Assembly: GCA_964609585.1 (NCBI GenBank)
Contig: CAZSRA010000006.1
Coordinates: 3,184 to 67,183 of the forward strand
Reading direction: 5' to 3'
Length of the DNA stretch: 64,000 nt
Source of the DNA: an uncultured Candidatus Saccharimonadales bacterium
GTDB lineage: Bacteria; Patescibacteriota; Saccharimonadia; UBA4664
The position numbers were made by a program, and so were the translations under genes. The notes beneath the pieces are model-generated. The model was given only the letters and a program-made list of their open reading frames with translations, was not told the origin of the DNA and searched no databases. Of the stretch, positions 37,822 to 47,960 are shown in pieces; the first letter of the stretch is position 1, and every line of letters begins with the position of its first letter.

Positions 37822-39780
37822 ATGAGACTTAAGCTAAGAGCTTTTTTTGCCCCCCCAATACGATTACCCGTGATTTTAGTAATGCTAGTGCCATTTTTTT
37901 ACGTAGTAGGTATGGGCATTCTGTCTTTACTTGCTCTTATTGCTGCAACGGGCTGCATTCTGCCCTTGAATAAGCTTGGACCTATTTCCCGTTTTGTTCT
38001 CGCATCACTCCTTATCGCCTCGGCCAATACTTTTTTGGCTTTCATTACATGGTCGCTCAGAATTGGTTTTACACCTCTCTTATTTACGGTGGTTTACTGC
38101 GGAATAGTTCTTAGTGGCATCGCACTGCGGCAACGCTTTTTTCCAAATCAACCATTAGCTAGCTGGCATATACCTTTAGATGATTTTATGGCTGTTTTAC
38201 TGGCGGCTGTTTGTTTTCTAGTAGTAGCTATGCCCCTTGGTTACAAACATGATACTGCAGCTATCGAGAGAATTTTTAGCAACCGTGATGACGCAATTGT
38301 TCATCTTGGTATCGTTAACGCAATCGACAACAACCACAACTACCTCATGGGAAACACATTCTATACCGCGAATGAGGTCGTGGAGCGAATGACGGCTTAT
38401 CCGCAGGGATGGCACATAAATGTGAGCCTAGTCGCTCAATTTACGAAGCCGCGTCATAGTAAGGCTATATCTGGAACACGGGCAGCCGAGACGACCTACT
38501 TAATGGCCGCTCTTTGGCTTGCGGGACTCGTATACATGTTGGTTCTACTTGGATACCGCGTGGCGGCCAGATTAAAGAGCAGTCTTGCGGCAACCACTCT
38601 TGCGACCCTATTTGTCCTGGGCGTGGTTTTTATTAATTTGCTTTTCCCGCTTTTTGTATGGGGATTTTACCCTCAAATCGCTGCTTTGGCCTTGTTATTT
38701 GCTGCTTTCGTTTTGCTAATAGAGAGCGAGGGGAGGCCTTTTAGGGAGAGGGGGCTTTTTAGCCTCCTTAGTGTTTTGTGCTGTGTTGGTATTTCATTTA
38801 TATGGTTTTATTTGTGGCCGGTCGCGGTTGCGGCCGTTTACGTTGTGGCTATTGCCATGACCCGGCCAAAGAAGTTCGGGCTTTTTGTTTTTCCTAGATA
38901 TTATTTAGGTCTGTTAGTGGGGGGAATTATAAGCTGTATTCCGATTGGACTTAATCTTATTTATTTTCACAATGCGGACCAATTGACCGCAGGCGGCGCG
39001 ACTGTAGAGTTTAACAATTTGACAATCTTGGCCCTCGTCTCGATCGCTACGGCCTACCTACTGAGTAAGTCCTTGACTGCTACACGAATTGTGGGAGTCG
39101 GTCTTGCGCTTGGCGTGATATTTTCGCTTGCGGTAATGACACAACAGCTACTTGCGACTCATCAACTTGCCTACTACTACTTCAAGTCGACCTACACGGT
39201 GGTTTTGCTGGTCTGCATTGTGTTTATATGTATAATCTCGGAATCGATCACAAACCTACAGCGACAAATAGGGGTGCGGGCTATTCGGGTTCTTTTTCTG
39301 GGGCTTTTAGGCGTCGCGAGCATTGCGCTAGCATTGATTCCGCGACCAATTGATCTGCAGCTTTATCTTTTGGGCCAGCCTTATGGTATGAGCCCGGTAA
39401 AGGCGGTGGCGCTTGCGGACGCCCTGCAACAGCCAATCGATCCGACAGGAATTGTCCTGCTCGGAAGTTGTTCAAGTTTTTACGATGGTAGGGCGATGCG
39501 TCTCGCCATGGCGCTTTCGGGTCGGGCCACACCTCAGGAGAGGTTAATTACCGAGACTTTGTTTTACCCCAACCATGAAATGATGGCGTTTGGGCTGATT
39601 AAAGATTATTTGACTCAGGATCCGAAGAAAAAGCTGGTGATTCTAAGCAGTAGCCAAAACTTGAGCAATGACCTTACGGCCTATCTTGCCGACCAAGCTG
39701 GTCGAATTCAGATTATACAGATAGAGAAAGAGGGTGATTCTGAACGCACTCAAGCCACTTGTCCCGCCCTTTTGCATTAG
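37822..39780 (+). CDS. Multi-TM membrane protein, putative GT-C glycosyltransferase
   Basis: DD...H, YPQGWH, GF.PQ, YY..K; many TM segments; TATAAT 6 nt upstream of ATG 37822. Confidence 0.65.
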   Translation: MRLKLRAFFAPPIRLPVILVMLVPFFYVVGMGILSLLALIAATGCILPLNKLGPISRFVLASLLIASANTFLAFITWSLRIGFTPLLFTVVYCGIVLSGIALRQRFFPNQPLASWHIPLDDFMAVLLAAVCFLVVAMPLGYKHDTAAIERIFSNRDDAIVHLGIVNAIDNNHNYLMGNTFYTANEVVERMTAYPQGWHINVSLVAQFTKPRHSKAISGTRAAETTYLMAALWLAGLVYMLVLLGYRVAARLKSSLAATTLATLFVLGVVFINLLFPLFVWGFYPQIAALALLFAAFVLLIESEGRPFRERGLFSLLSVLCCVGISFIWFYLWPVAVAAVYVVAIAMTRPKKFGLFVFPRYYLGLLVGGIISCIPIGLNLIYFHNADQLTAGGATVEFNNLTILALVSIATAYLLSKSLTATRIVGVGLALGVIFSLAVMTQQLLATHQLAYYYFKSTYTVVLLVCIVFICIISESITNLQRQIGVRAIRVLFLGLLGVASIALALIPRPIDLQLYLLGQPYGMSPVKAVALADALQQPIDPTGIVLLGSCSSFYDGRAMRLAMALSGRATPQERLITETLFYPNHEMMAFGLIKDYLTQDPKKKLVILSSSQNLSNDLTAYLADQAGRIQIIQIEKEGDSERTQATCPALLH

Positions 39781-40820
39781 CGAGATCGAAGTCGATAAAA
39801 AACATATTTGAGGGCTTTCTTTGGTTTCTTTACACCCTTCTTAACTAAGATTAAATAATCTGCCATCTTGTGGTTCGATTTAATGGTGAGGGCGCTAAGC
39901 TTTTTGGCTTTTTCTAAAATATGGAGCTCTTGTTCAAGCTTAACGTCGATGTCGCGCGACGCCGATATAAGTCTACTGTATCGTGAGTCAATTTCATTAC
40001 TGAGAAGCTGAATAGCCCGCTGCTTGTATTCATTCGCAAGATCATTCTTATTAATACCTTGGGTGTATTCACCCCGAGAGTGTATCTTTAGGTGATTGTC
40101 AGTGTAGACAACGTAAAACTGACGATATGTCGGCTCAGTGAAGTCACCCATGGAAAACAAATTGTTATTGTAAAATTCGTTTAGATCAGCGATCTTATTG
40201 TGGTCTACGGTAACTGCCGTGGGGAGCATATTCAAAACAAGCGAGGGGAGCCAGATGTCGAGACGATTACTGCCAAAACAACTGTATTTAAGGCCAAGGC
40301 TTTGAATAGTCGATTCGATTTCGGCAGACCGGGGCCGGCCAATGGCTTCATGCTCCGTAAGCCAAGGGTGGGCCTTTCCCGTTAACTCCTTATGGAAGTT
40401 GTTCGCTCGCTGCTCGGCTTGCGCCACAGCCCCAGATTCGAAGGGAGCCGCAATAACAACCAAACGGCGAGCTAAACGAACGGCCTCTTGAATAAAGGCC
40501 TCCTTGCGGTCGGCAGAAATATGTTCGAGGGTATCTGTTGAGACAACCGCATCGTACGAATGGTTGGCGAGACCGGTTTTAACGGCATCTCCCTGGATGT
40601 AGCGATAGTTTTGAGGTTTTTCGTCCGGTAAGATGTCTAAGACCGTGAGTTCATAGGGAAGCTTTTTGTCGCGGAAGATTTCCCAGATATAGCTGCCTCT
40701 TCCCCCCAATTCGAGGATTTTTGAAGGCTGGGAACCGAGGTGCAACTCGAGAATTCGCGCTAGTAGGATGTAGCGCGAATAACTTTCTGGCGACATCTGG
40801 AGATACCAAGGATTTGCCAT
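39777..40820 (-). CDS. Class I SAM-dependent methyltransferase with C-terminal helical tail
   Basis: ILELGG, LDI, GDA, YDAVVSTDTLEHI, PWL.EH; basic/coiled C-terminus as in glycan chain-terminating enzymes. Confidence 0.8.
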   Translation of the reverse strand: MANPWYLQMSPESYSRYILLARILELHLGSQPSKILELGGRGSYIWEIFRDKKLPYELTVLDILPDEKPQNYRYIQGDAVKTGLANHSYDAVVSTDTLEHISADRKEAFIQEAVRLARRLVVIAAPFESGAVAQAEQRANNFHKELTGKAHPWLTEHEAIGRPRSAEIESTIQSLGLKYSCFGSNRLDIWLPSLVLNMLPTAVTVDHNKIADLNEFYNNNLFSMGDFTEPTYRQFYVVYTDNHLKIHSRGEYTQGINKNDLANEYKQRAIQLLSNEIDSRYSRLISASRDIDVKLEQELHILEKAKKLSALTIKSNHKMADYLILVKKGVKKPKKALKYVFYRLRSR

Positions 40821-40879
40821 ATGCTAATCTTAGCAAATCCCAACGGCTGGTACCGGATCATGTTATGCTCCAACTAGCT

Positions 40880-42808
40880 ATGAAACTCCCTTTATTTCTT
40901 AAAAATTTGTGGACTTTTCCGATACTTTTGTTTGTCTTGGTCTGCGGCTTGGCTTTATTCAGAATATCCGGAAGCTCAATTGGAGTGTACGAGCAAATCC
41001 TTAACGGTTCATCAAGCTCGGACAAAAATCTTATTTGGGGTAAGCCTCGTGGCATCCGATCCGACGAGGCGGCTATCGTAACTCAACTTACCATTTCCCA
41101 GGCAAGGACCGACTTTAAGCGAGTGAATCCATTGGTAGGCCTGGGCGAAGATATGTCGGTAATTGGGGATTTTCCATATCGCGAATGGTCAGAGTTTTTT
41201 AAGCCCCAGAATTGGGCATTTTTTGTACTGCCACTAGAGCAAGCTTTTGCTTTTAAGTGGTGGTTTCTGGGTTGGACGCTCATCACAAGCTGCTATATCC
41301 TTCTCCAAACTTTGCTTCCAGAGAGGCGAAGATTCAATATTCTACTGTCGCTTTCGGTATTTTTTACACCCTTCATACAGTGGTGGTATCAATCAATTAC
41401 GATCTTATCGCTAGCATATGGGTTTTTGATCTGTGCGTTATTAATACACCTGACAAAACCTGGGAGGAGGCGGACCCGGCTACTGCTGACTGGGGCACTA
41501 GTATACGTCTTAATTGCGTTTGCGCTACTTTTATACCCTCCTTTTCAAATAGCTTGCTTGCTTGGAATAGTGGCTGTGTATTTCGGATGTTTGTTGGCTC
41601 GCGGCGGATCAGCTAAGCACTGGGTACAGGGCCTGAAATGGCCGGTAGCGGCAAGTCTGGTAGCAATGGCGGTGATCGGAATATTCTTTTTTACTCGACT
41701 ACCAATTATTAATGCAATAACCGGAACGAGTTACCCCGGCCATAGAGTGGTGGCGAGTGGTGGGTTTAAGGTTGGTCACTTTTTCTCAGGACCTTTTTTG
41801 GGGGTAATGCAGTCGGATAAGCTGGCAGAGCATTACGATATGAATCAAAGTGAGGCGTCGAATTTTATAATGCTCTGGCCCGTGCTGCTCATTCCAAGCC
41901 TGTATATTATCCTCAAGCGTCGCGAACACAAACAACCACCGCCGTATATGCTTCTTGCGATAAATGCAATGCTTATGGTAATGGCGGCTCGGATTTTCCT
42001 GCCGATGCCTATGGTTCTGGCTAAAGTTTTGCTGCTAGCATCAGTACCACATCAGCGCCTTTTTGTAGGCATGGGGCTTTTGGGCATTGTACAGATTGGA
42101 TTACTAGCCCGTGAAAAACTTGTGACGTTGCCCCACTGGGTGGTAATGACTACAAGCTTTTTGGCGCTTGGGCTATTCCTGATTGTAGGAATCCACCTAC
42201 GCCATCTGTTTCCTGGGCTTTTGCCCCATCGCTGGATGATTTATGTGCCATGTTTGGTGGTGGCGGTGTCGGTGTGGGGTCTACTATCAAGGCGACCAGA
42301 AATAGGTGCAGCGGGGCTTTTGCTGATTGGCCTTGGGACAAGCGCAATGATAAACCCACTTTACCGGGGACTATCACCGATTATAGACAGTAAACTTAGT
42401 CGGGCATTGCAGCAAATGCCCAATACGCATGATGGGTCCGAATGGATACTTCTTGGTGGGGGTTCATTTACTAATTATTTACCAGCCCAAGGCATCCCCT
42501 CCTACTCCACCACATATCTGTATCCTCAGCTTGATTTATGGCATCGATATGATCCTTCGGGGAGATACAGTGCGGCCTATAACCGCTACGCCAATATGGG
42601 TTTTGTGATCAATCCAGACATTCCGCAATTTGCGTCTGGGAGTGCCGATAGTTTTGTGATCCGATATGATCCATGCGACATGCGATTTGCCGACATCAAA
42701 CACGTAATGGCGGTAGCGCCGACCGCATCGGCTTGTCTTCGGGAAACAAACCAAGTACACGAACCAAATGTGACCTTCTATCTCTACGATGCGACTCCAG
42801 CTCATTAG
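40880..42808 (+). CDS. Multi-TM membrane protein, putative GT-C glycosyltransferase
   Basis: SGSSIG...PRGIRSDE loop, F.P.NW, QWW, YPP.Q, T.YPG.R, N.SE, NPLY.G, YNRY; start uncertain (40865/40880). Confidence 0.65.
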   Translation: MKLPLFLKNLWTFPILLFVLVCGLALFRISGSSIGVYEQILNGSSSSDKNLIWGKPRGIRSDEAAIVTQLTISQARTDFKRVNPLVGLGEDMSVIGDFPYREWSEFFKPQNWAFFVLPLEQAFAFKWWFLGWTLITSCYILLQTLLPERRRFNILLSLSVFFTPFIQWWYQSITILSLAYGFLICALLIHLTKPGRRRTRLLLTGALVYVLIAFALLLYPPFQIACLLGIVAVYFGCLLARGGSAKHWVQGLKWPVAASLVAMAVIGIFFFTRLPIINAITGTSYPGHRVVASGGFKVGHFFSGPFLGVMQSDKLAEHYDMNQSEASNFIMLWPVLLIPSLYIILKRREHKQPPPYMLLAINAMLMVMAARIFLPMPMVLAKVLLLASVPHQRLFVGMGLLGIVQIGLLAREKLVTLPHWVVMTTSFLALGLFLIVGIHLRHLFPGLLPHRWMIYVPCLVVAVSVWGLLSRRPEIGAAGLLLIGLGTSAMINPLYRGLSPIIDSKLSRALQQMPNTHDGSEWILLGGGSFTNYLPAQGIPSYSTTYLYPQLDLWHRYDPSGRYSAAYNRYANMGFVINPDIPQFASGSADSFVIRYDPCDMRFADIKHVMAVAPTASACLRETNQVHEPNVTFYLYDATPAH

Positions 42809-42877
42809 ATTGCCTGGATAATCTGGGTGACGGTATTATACTTAAGGTAGCTACCAAGTAATTGGATATTATTTTTC

Positions 42878-43435
42878 ATGTCTATCGATAAAAAAGTTGA
42901 CCTCCGAAAACGAAAAATTTTAATCACTGTAACGATCTTAGTTATATTTATTTTTGGTGGGATTGCCTTGACTGTTTATTACCACCAAACTAACCGTGCA
43001 ACAACCACGAAACCAACTGATTTTTATCCAAAATCGGAAGATAACAAAAAGGTTACCCCACCCACCACGCCGACACCCAATAGCCCAACCCCCACGATCG
43101 CCCCCACGACTGCACCACAGACTAGTAATGACAGCAAAATTACTATTGCATCACCAACTCAGGGCGGCATTGTATCAGATGGCACTCAAGTGTCGGGGAT
43201 AGCGGACACTTCCTCGAATGTGCTTTACTACCGCCTGAAGGGCGGTGCGACAGGCCAAATAGCTAGTGGACAAATTGGCATTACGCCAAATCAATCCAGT
43301 CCTTATTCGTTTAAACTGGGATTCACAAATAGTGTGAGCAAGGGTGGCGATCAGGGCGAACTCGAAGTATATACACTCAACGCAAATGGGGTGGCCGACA
43401 GTATCGCAAGCGTGGCAGTAAATATTCAGGAGTGA
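42878..43435 (+). CDS. Membrane-anchored protein with P/T linker and Ig-like (Gmad2-like) domain
   Basis: N-terminal TM, PT-rich linker, ITI.SP..G.....VSG.A...G.LEVY beta-sandwich pattern. Confidence 0.6.
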   Translation: MSIDKKVDLRKRKILITVTILVIFIFGGIALTVYYHQTNRATTTKPTDFYPKSEDNKKVTPPTTPTPNSPTPTIAPTTAPQTSNDSKITIASPTQGGIVSDGTQVSGIADTSSNVLYYRLKGGATGQIASGQIGITPNQSSPYSFKLGFTNSVSKGGDQGELEVYTLNANGVADSIASVAVNIQE

Positions 43436-43439
43436 GCTT

Positions 43440-45704
43440 ATGATAAATCTTATGAAACGATCTGGACTGGGTTTAATCATTCTCATGGGTGTCTTCGTGC
43501 CCGTCGCAGCACACGGCTACGCCAATACCCCTCCGATTAACGACAGCTACAATAATCGGATTATCGATGATTCCATTTTCTTGAATGCCGGCTCTATGTC
43601 CGCCCAACAAATACAAGCTTTTCTTAACAGCAAGGTACCTTCTTGCGATACCAATCACCAGGGTGGGCTCTCCCAATATCCCCCGCCATATACCTGTCTA
43701 CGCGACTATATAGACCCAACCACTCAAAAATCGGCAGCGCAGCTTATATACGACGAGGCTACAAGCGTCGGTCTAAATCCACAAGTAATCTTGGTGACAT
43801 TGGAGAAGGAACAGGGGCTTGTATCGGACACTTGGCCCTATCCGAGCCAATATCGGTCGGCTATGGGTTACGGCTGCCCCGAATCGCAAAGCGTGTGTGA
43901 TTCGCAATATTATGGATTTTATAATCAGGTGCATCTTGGGGCGCGATTGCTCAGGGCGGGTGCGGCACGTGATTGTGGTGATACCACAACCTTATCAAGC
44001 TGGAGCATTGCGGGTAAATGGGGCCTCGGCAATAGTCCGATTGTTGATGGCAAATCAACCTACTTAGCCTCTTGTGCGACCGGCTCGCTCTACAACTACA
44101 CGCCTCATCGCCCCGATAGCGCCTACACTTTGGCGGCGGACGGGAACTATTACTATGGGAACTATAATTTCATTAAATATTGGACTACTTGGTTTGGTCC
44201 AACGGTGAGAGCCTATCTGGGACGAAGCGTCTCGAGTCCGCAGGTGTACCTCATAAATGATAGCGACAAGTATCCCATAAATACTGTGGATATTCTTAAT
44301 ACGTATGCCGCTTATGGCCCGGTACAGACCTTTAATGACGGCTTTATAGCCAGTCTAAACCCGAGGGCGACCCTGGATAGAGTTGTGGTTGGTCCCAATG
44401 GCACGGTGTATTTGCTAGATAGTGGCAATAAGATTCCATTTGGCAGTTGTAGTTTGCTGAGCGATTATGGTGGCAGCTGTGCTTCGGTGGTGAATTTGCC
44501 TCAAAATGTACTGGACGGCTTTGTGAGCGCGCCCCTAGCAACGAACGTAGTTCGTTCTCCAAATGGAAGCATTTATGAGATGGAGGCCGGCAAAAAGCGA
44601 GCTGTCCCAGATATGCCCACCTATACGGGTTCTGGCTTATCTTCCACCCCAACTACCGGTCTGGGAACTGCTCTAGTGAACGCTTTTCCACTGGGAGCCC
44701 CCATTCTTTTAGATAAGGTCGTGGTTCAAAACCGAGACAACGGCACTGCTTATCTTTATCTTGGTGGCGTAATCCGACCAGCTACCTATTTAGGCTATGT
44801 AAACTGGCATCTGGATGCACTACCGTTTTATAGCTTTACGGGCGTACAGGTAAATCAGCTCACTTCTGGCGCGCTGATTACTACCTACGCTCAAGATTCA
44901 AATAATGTTAAATTTTTGCTCAACAATCGGCAGAAATTACCGCTGGGATCCAATGCGGTCAATTGGAGCAACAGCTATACTCAACTGACGGATGCCCTAT
45001 TGAATAATATTCCCACAGGTTCCGCCCCCTCTCGAGCAATCAAAGGCAGTGGCTCAAGCATTTGGTATGTAGACAGTACGCAGAAACGACCTTTTGCGGG
45101 CTGGGAAGGGTTTATAAACTCGGGCTTCACTGGCAGTAATGATGCCTCGATGATCGATGACGACACTATTGCCGGGCTACCATCTGGGCCACTTAAGTTG
45201 GGCTCTCTGCAGCTCATAAAGCAAGCGGGTAACGCAAGCGTGGCTGTGGTTGATGGTGACGGAGCTAAGTTGCTCTCTTCGCCACAAATCGCTGATTGCT
45301 TTGGTATCAGTTTAGCCAATGTTCATACTATAGACGCAACGACTTGGAACCTCTATAATCCCACCGGTATTCTTAGCCAGCTTGTTACCGATGGCTCGAA
45401 TGACTTTTTGATAGACAGGGGTGTGAAACATTTGTTTCCGAGTGGCCTTCTGTCAAGTTACGGATATTCTGGTGCGAATTTTCAAGCCGTACAGCCGTTA
45501 ACGCTCAACCCATTTAGTAGTGGACCTGCGGTAACCGCTTTCGTAAGGGGCGACAACGGGACCATATATCATATCGAGAACGGCACAAAACGCGCCTATT
45601 CTTCTTGGGGGGGCTACTTGAGTGCGGGTGGGACTAGTTCAAATACTATTGCGCTATCCGACTTCTACTTGGCTAATCTACCGAACGGCAGCAATCTTCC
45701 CTAA
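43440..45704 (+). CDS. Secreted protein: lysozyme-like N-terminal domain plus nine ~55-aa repeats
   Basis: Signal peptide; MSAQQIQAFL, SAAQLIY...GLNPQVILVTLEKEQGL, MGYGCP, LYNYTPH, W..WFG; repeats G.VY.I..G.KR. Confidence 0.75.
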   Translation: MINLMKRSGLGLIILMGVFVPVAAHGYANTPPINDSYNNRIIDDSIFLNAGSMSAQQIQAFLNSKVPSCDTNHQGGLSQYPPPYTCLRDYIDPTTQKSAAQLIYDEATSVGLNPQVILVTLEKEQGLVSDTWPYPSQYRSAMGYGCPESQSVCDSQYYGFYNQVHLGARLLRAGAARDCGDTTTLSSWSIAGKWGLGNSPIVDGKSTYLASCATGSLYNYTPHRPDSAYTLAADGNYYYGNYNFIKYWTTWFGPTVRAYLGRSVSSPQVYLINDSDKYPINTVDILNTYAAYGPVQTFNDGFIASLNPRATLDRVVVGPNGTVYLLDSGNKIPFGSCSLLSDYGGSCASVVNLPQNVLDGFVSAPLATNVVRSPNGSIYEMEAGKKRAVPDMPTYTGSGLSSTPTTGLGTALVNAFPLGAPILLDKVVVQNRDNGTAYLYLGGVIRPATYLGYVNWHLDALPFYSFTGVQVNQLTSGALITTYAQDSNNVKFLLNNRQKLPLGSNAVNWSNSYTQLTDALLNNIPTGSAPSRAIKGSGSSIWYVDSTQKRPFAGWEGFINSGFTGSNDASMIDDDTIAGLPSGPLKLGSLQLIKQAGNASVAVVDGDGAKLLSSPQIADCFGISLANVHTIDATTWNLYNPTGILSQLVTDGSNDFLIDRGVKHLFPSGLLSSYGYSGANFQAVQPLTLNPFSSGPAVTAFVRGDNGTIYHIENGTKRAYSSWGGYLSAGGTSSNTIALSDFYLANLPNGSNLP

Positions 45705-45817
45705 AGGAAGCGGCGATAGGGTTTTTTACCAGGCTCGAATTTGCTATGATTATATCTTGAAATAAATACTCAAAATAACACGGTATGTCTCACTAAATTA
45801 ATTGCTGTGGGGTTGAG

Positions 45818-47023
45818 TTGCTTCGTAAAATCAAGATCGCCACCACCATTCTCCGCGATAGTGGTCCAAAATTGCTCGCACATCGACTGAAGCGCTACGC
45901 GGGGAAACGATTGTTTGGCTGGCAAAAGCTGGTTTTATCGGTTGGTATTTCGGATGTCATAGCGGCTGATTGGACTAAACCTCCAGCTCGCCTGCCCGGG
46001 CGATCTAAATCTGGCACTTTAACCATCCACTGGGTGGTACCCCCGGCGGGTATTGGCTCAGGGGGGCATTTAAATATTTTTCGGTTTGTGCGCTTTTTGG
46101 AAGCTCAAGGCCATACATGCCGGGTGTTTTACTATGATCCGAATAACCACCACACCCAAACAGAGGCCGATGCCATCATTAAGCACTTCCCGACAATGAA
46201 GGCCCCAATTCAACTGGGGCTAGCAGGGGCCGAAGACTGTGATGCGGTATTTGCGACCTCCTGGCAGACAGCCTACCCCGTCTTTAATCTAAGGACACGA
46301 GCGAAGAAATTTTATTTTGTTCAAGATTATGAGCCTTTCTTTTACCCAACCTCAAGCGAAAGTATTTTGGCTGAAAATACGTATAGATTTGGCTTTTACG
46401 GTATAACTGCCGGGCGGTGGCTGACCGAAAAACTTAAGAGTGATTTTGGAATGCCTTGCGACTTTTACGACTTTGGGTCCGATGCTGGTCGCTATCACTT
46501 TACGAATACTCAAAAACGCAAACAAATTTTCTTTTATGCCCGACCAGTGACCCCCCGACGAGGTTTTGAGTTGGGAGTTTTAGCGCTTGAGCTGTTTCAT
46601 AAGAAGCACCCTGAGTACGAAATTCATTTTGCCGGCTGGGATACGGGTGAATTTAAGCTAGATTTCCCGTTTGTTAATCATGCAGTAATGAAGCTTGATG
46701 AACTTGACGAGCTCTATAACCAGTGCGCTGCGGCTTTGGTGATATCACTTACGAACATGTCTTTGCTGCCTCTTGAGTTGCTGTCGGCGGGTTGCATACC
46801 AGTGGTGAACGACGCACCCAATAATCGCCTTGTGAGCGACAACCCCTATATTTCCTATACCCCCCCTTCGCCACAAGCGATGGCCGATGCATTGAGCGCG
46901 ATAGTGGAGCGCGAAGAGCAGATAGAGTATGCCCGCAAAGCTTCCAAGAGTGCTCAGGCTTTGTCCTGGGAGGACTCTGGTAAGAAATTTGAGGCTATTT
47001 TGAGGCGAGAACTCCATGTCTAA
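45818..47023 (+). CDS. WsaF-like GT-B rhamnosyltransferase
   Basis: SGGH.NIFR, ATSW.TAY, YFVQDYEPFFY, FFYARP.TPRR.FELG, SLTN.SL.P.E. Confidence 0.8.
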   Translation: MLRKIKIATTILRDSGPKLLAHRLKRYAGKRLFGWQKLVLSVGISDVIAADWTKPPARLPGRSKSGTLTIHWVVPPAGIGSGGHLNIFRFVRFLEAQGHTCRVFYYDPNNHHTQTEADAIIKHFPTMKAPIQLGLAGAEDCDAVFATSWQTAYPVFNLRTRAKKFYFVQDYEPFFYPTSSESILAENTYRFGFYGITAGRWLTEKLKSDFGMPCDFYDFGSDAGRYHFTNTQKRKQIFFYARPVTPRRGFELGVLALELFHKKHPEYEIHFAGWDTGEFKLDFPFVNHAVMKLDELDELYNQCAAALVISLTNMSLLPLELLSAGCIPVVNDAPNNRLVSDNPYISYTPPSPQAMADALSAIVEREEQIEYARKASKSAQALSWEDSGKKFEAILRRELHV

Positions 47024-47960
47024 GTGTTTGGTGTTAGGGGCGACTGGATTTATTGGTGCTCATTTGGTAGATGAATTGCTGCAAGCCGGCCACGAGGTGC
47101 GGGCTTTCGACAGGACGAAGCGAGAGGGAGCACAAACCTCAATTGAAGAGCGGCCGAATTTAACGATTTTTCGAGGCGACTTTCTAAATCGCAATGATCT
47201 CGATGCGGCCCTCGAGGGTATCGAATACGTTTTTCACTTTATCTCAACGACAACGCCAGCAACCTCGGCGAAAAGTCCGCTGCTCGATATAGATACAAAT
47301 CTTAAGATGAGTGTTGAGCTCATGGGGTTATGCGTCAAACACAAGGTTAAGCGCCTCATATTTCCATCAACGGGCGGCGCTATTTACGGCCAGAGCTTGT
47401 CGAGACCGATCACTGAACAAGACTTAACCGAGCCAGTGTCTCCGTACGCGATTGGCAAGTTGGCTATTGAGGGCTATTTACGCTATTTTAGGCAAACACA
47501 TGATTTGGATTATTTAACTCTGCGTGTTTCCAACCCCTACGGTATTGGACAGAATTTGACCGGGAATCAGGGGGTAATTCCAATATTTCTAAACTTAATC
47601 CAACAAAACCGGCCCATCATAGTATTTGGTGATGGCAACGGTATGCGGGATTACATTTATATCACTGACCTTGTCGGAATGATTATGAAGGTATTTAATA
47701 AGCCCACAAAATACCAAACCTATAACCTCGGTGCCGGAACTGGACTGACCCTTGGGCGGATGATTGGCTATATGGAAGAAATTACCGGCAAGAAGGCGGA
47801 AGTTCGCTATCAGCCCAAGCGTCCAACGGATATCGAGAGCGTGGTATTGGATATTAATCGATACCGTGAAGAGTTTGGCGAACCAGATTTAACAAGCCTA
47901 AAGGACGGTATCGCCAAAACGTGGGATTATGTATTGTCTAAGGCCGAGGAGTCAAAATAA
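47016..47960 (+). CDS. NAD-dependent epimerase/dehydratase (UDP-glucose 4-epimerase-like)
   Basis: GATGFIG, STGGAIYG, PYAIGK, NPYG, GVI, RDYIYI.D. Confidence 0.92.
   Translation: MSKCLVLGATGFIGAHLVDELLQAGHEVRAFDRTKREGAQTSIEERPNLTIFRGDFLNRNDLDAALEGIEYVFHFISTTTPATSAKSPLLDIDTNLKMSVELMGLCVKHKVKRLIFPSTGGAIYGQSLSRPITEQDLTEPVSPYAIGKLAIEGYLRYFRQTHDLDYLTLRVSNPYGIGQNLTGNQGVIPIFLNLIQQNRPIIVFGDGNGMRDYIYITDLVGMIMKVFNKPTKYQTYNLGAGTGLTLGRMIGYMEEITGKKAEVRYQPKRPTDIESVVLDINRYREEFGEPDLTSLKDGIAKTWDYVLSKAEESK

Noticed and set aside
45697-45728. Possible terminator after the repeat protein
   Set aside because: Stem (CCCTA/TAGGG) is short with a long loop; too weak to call.
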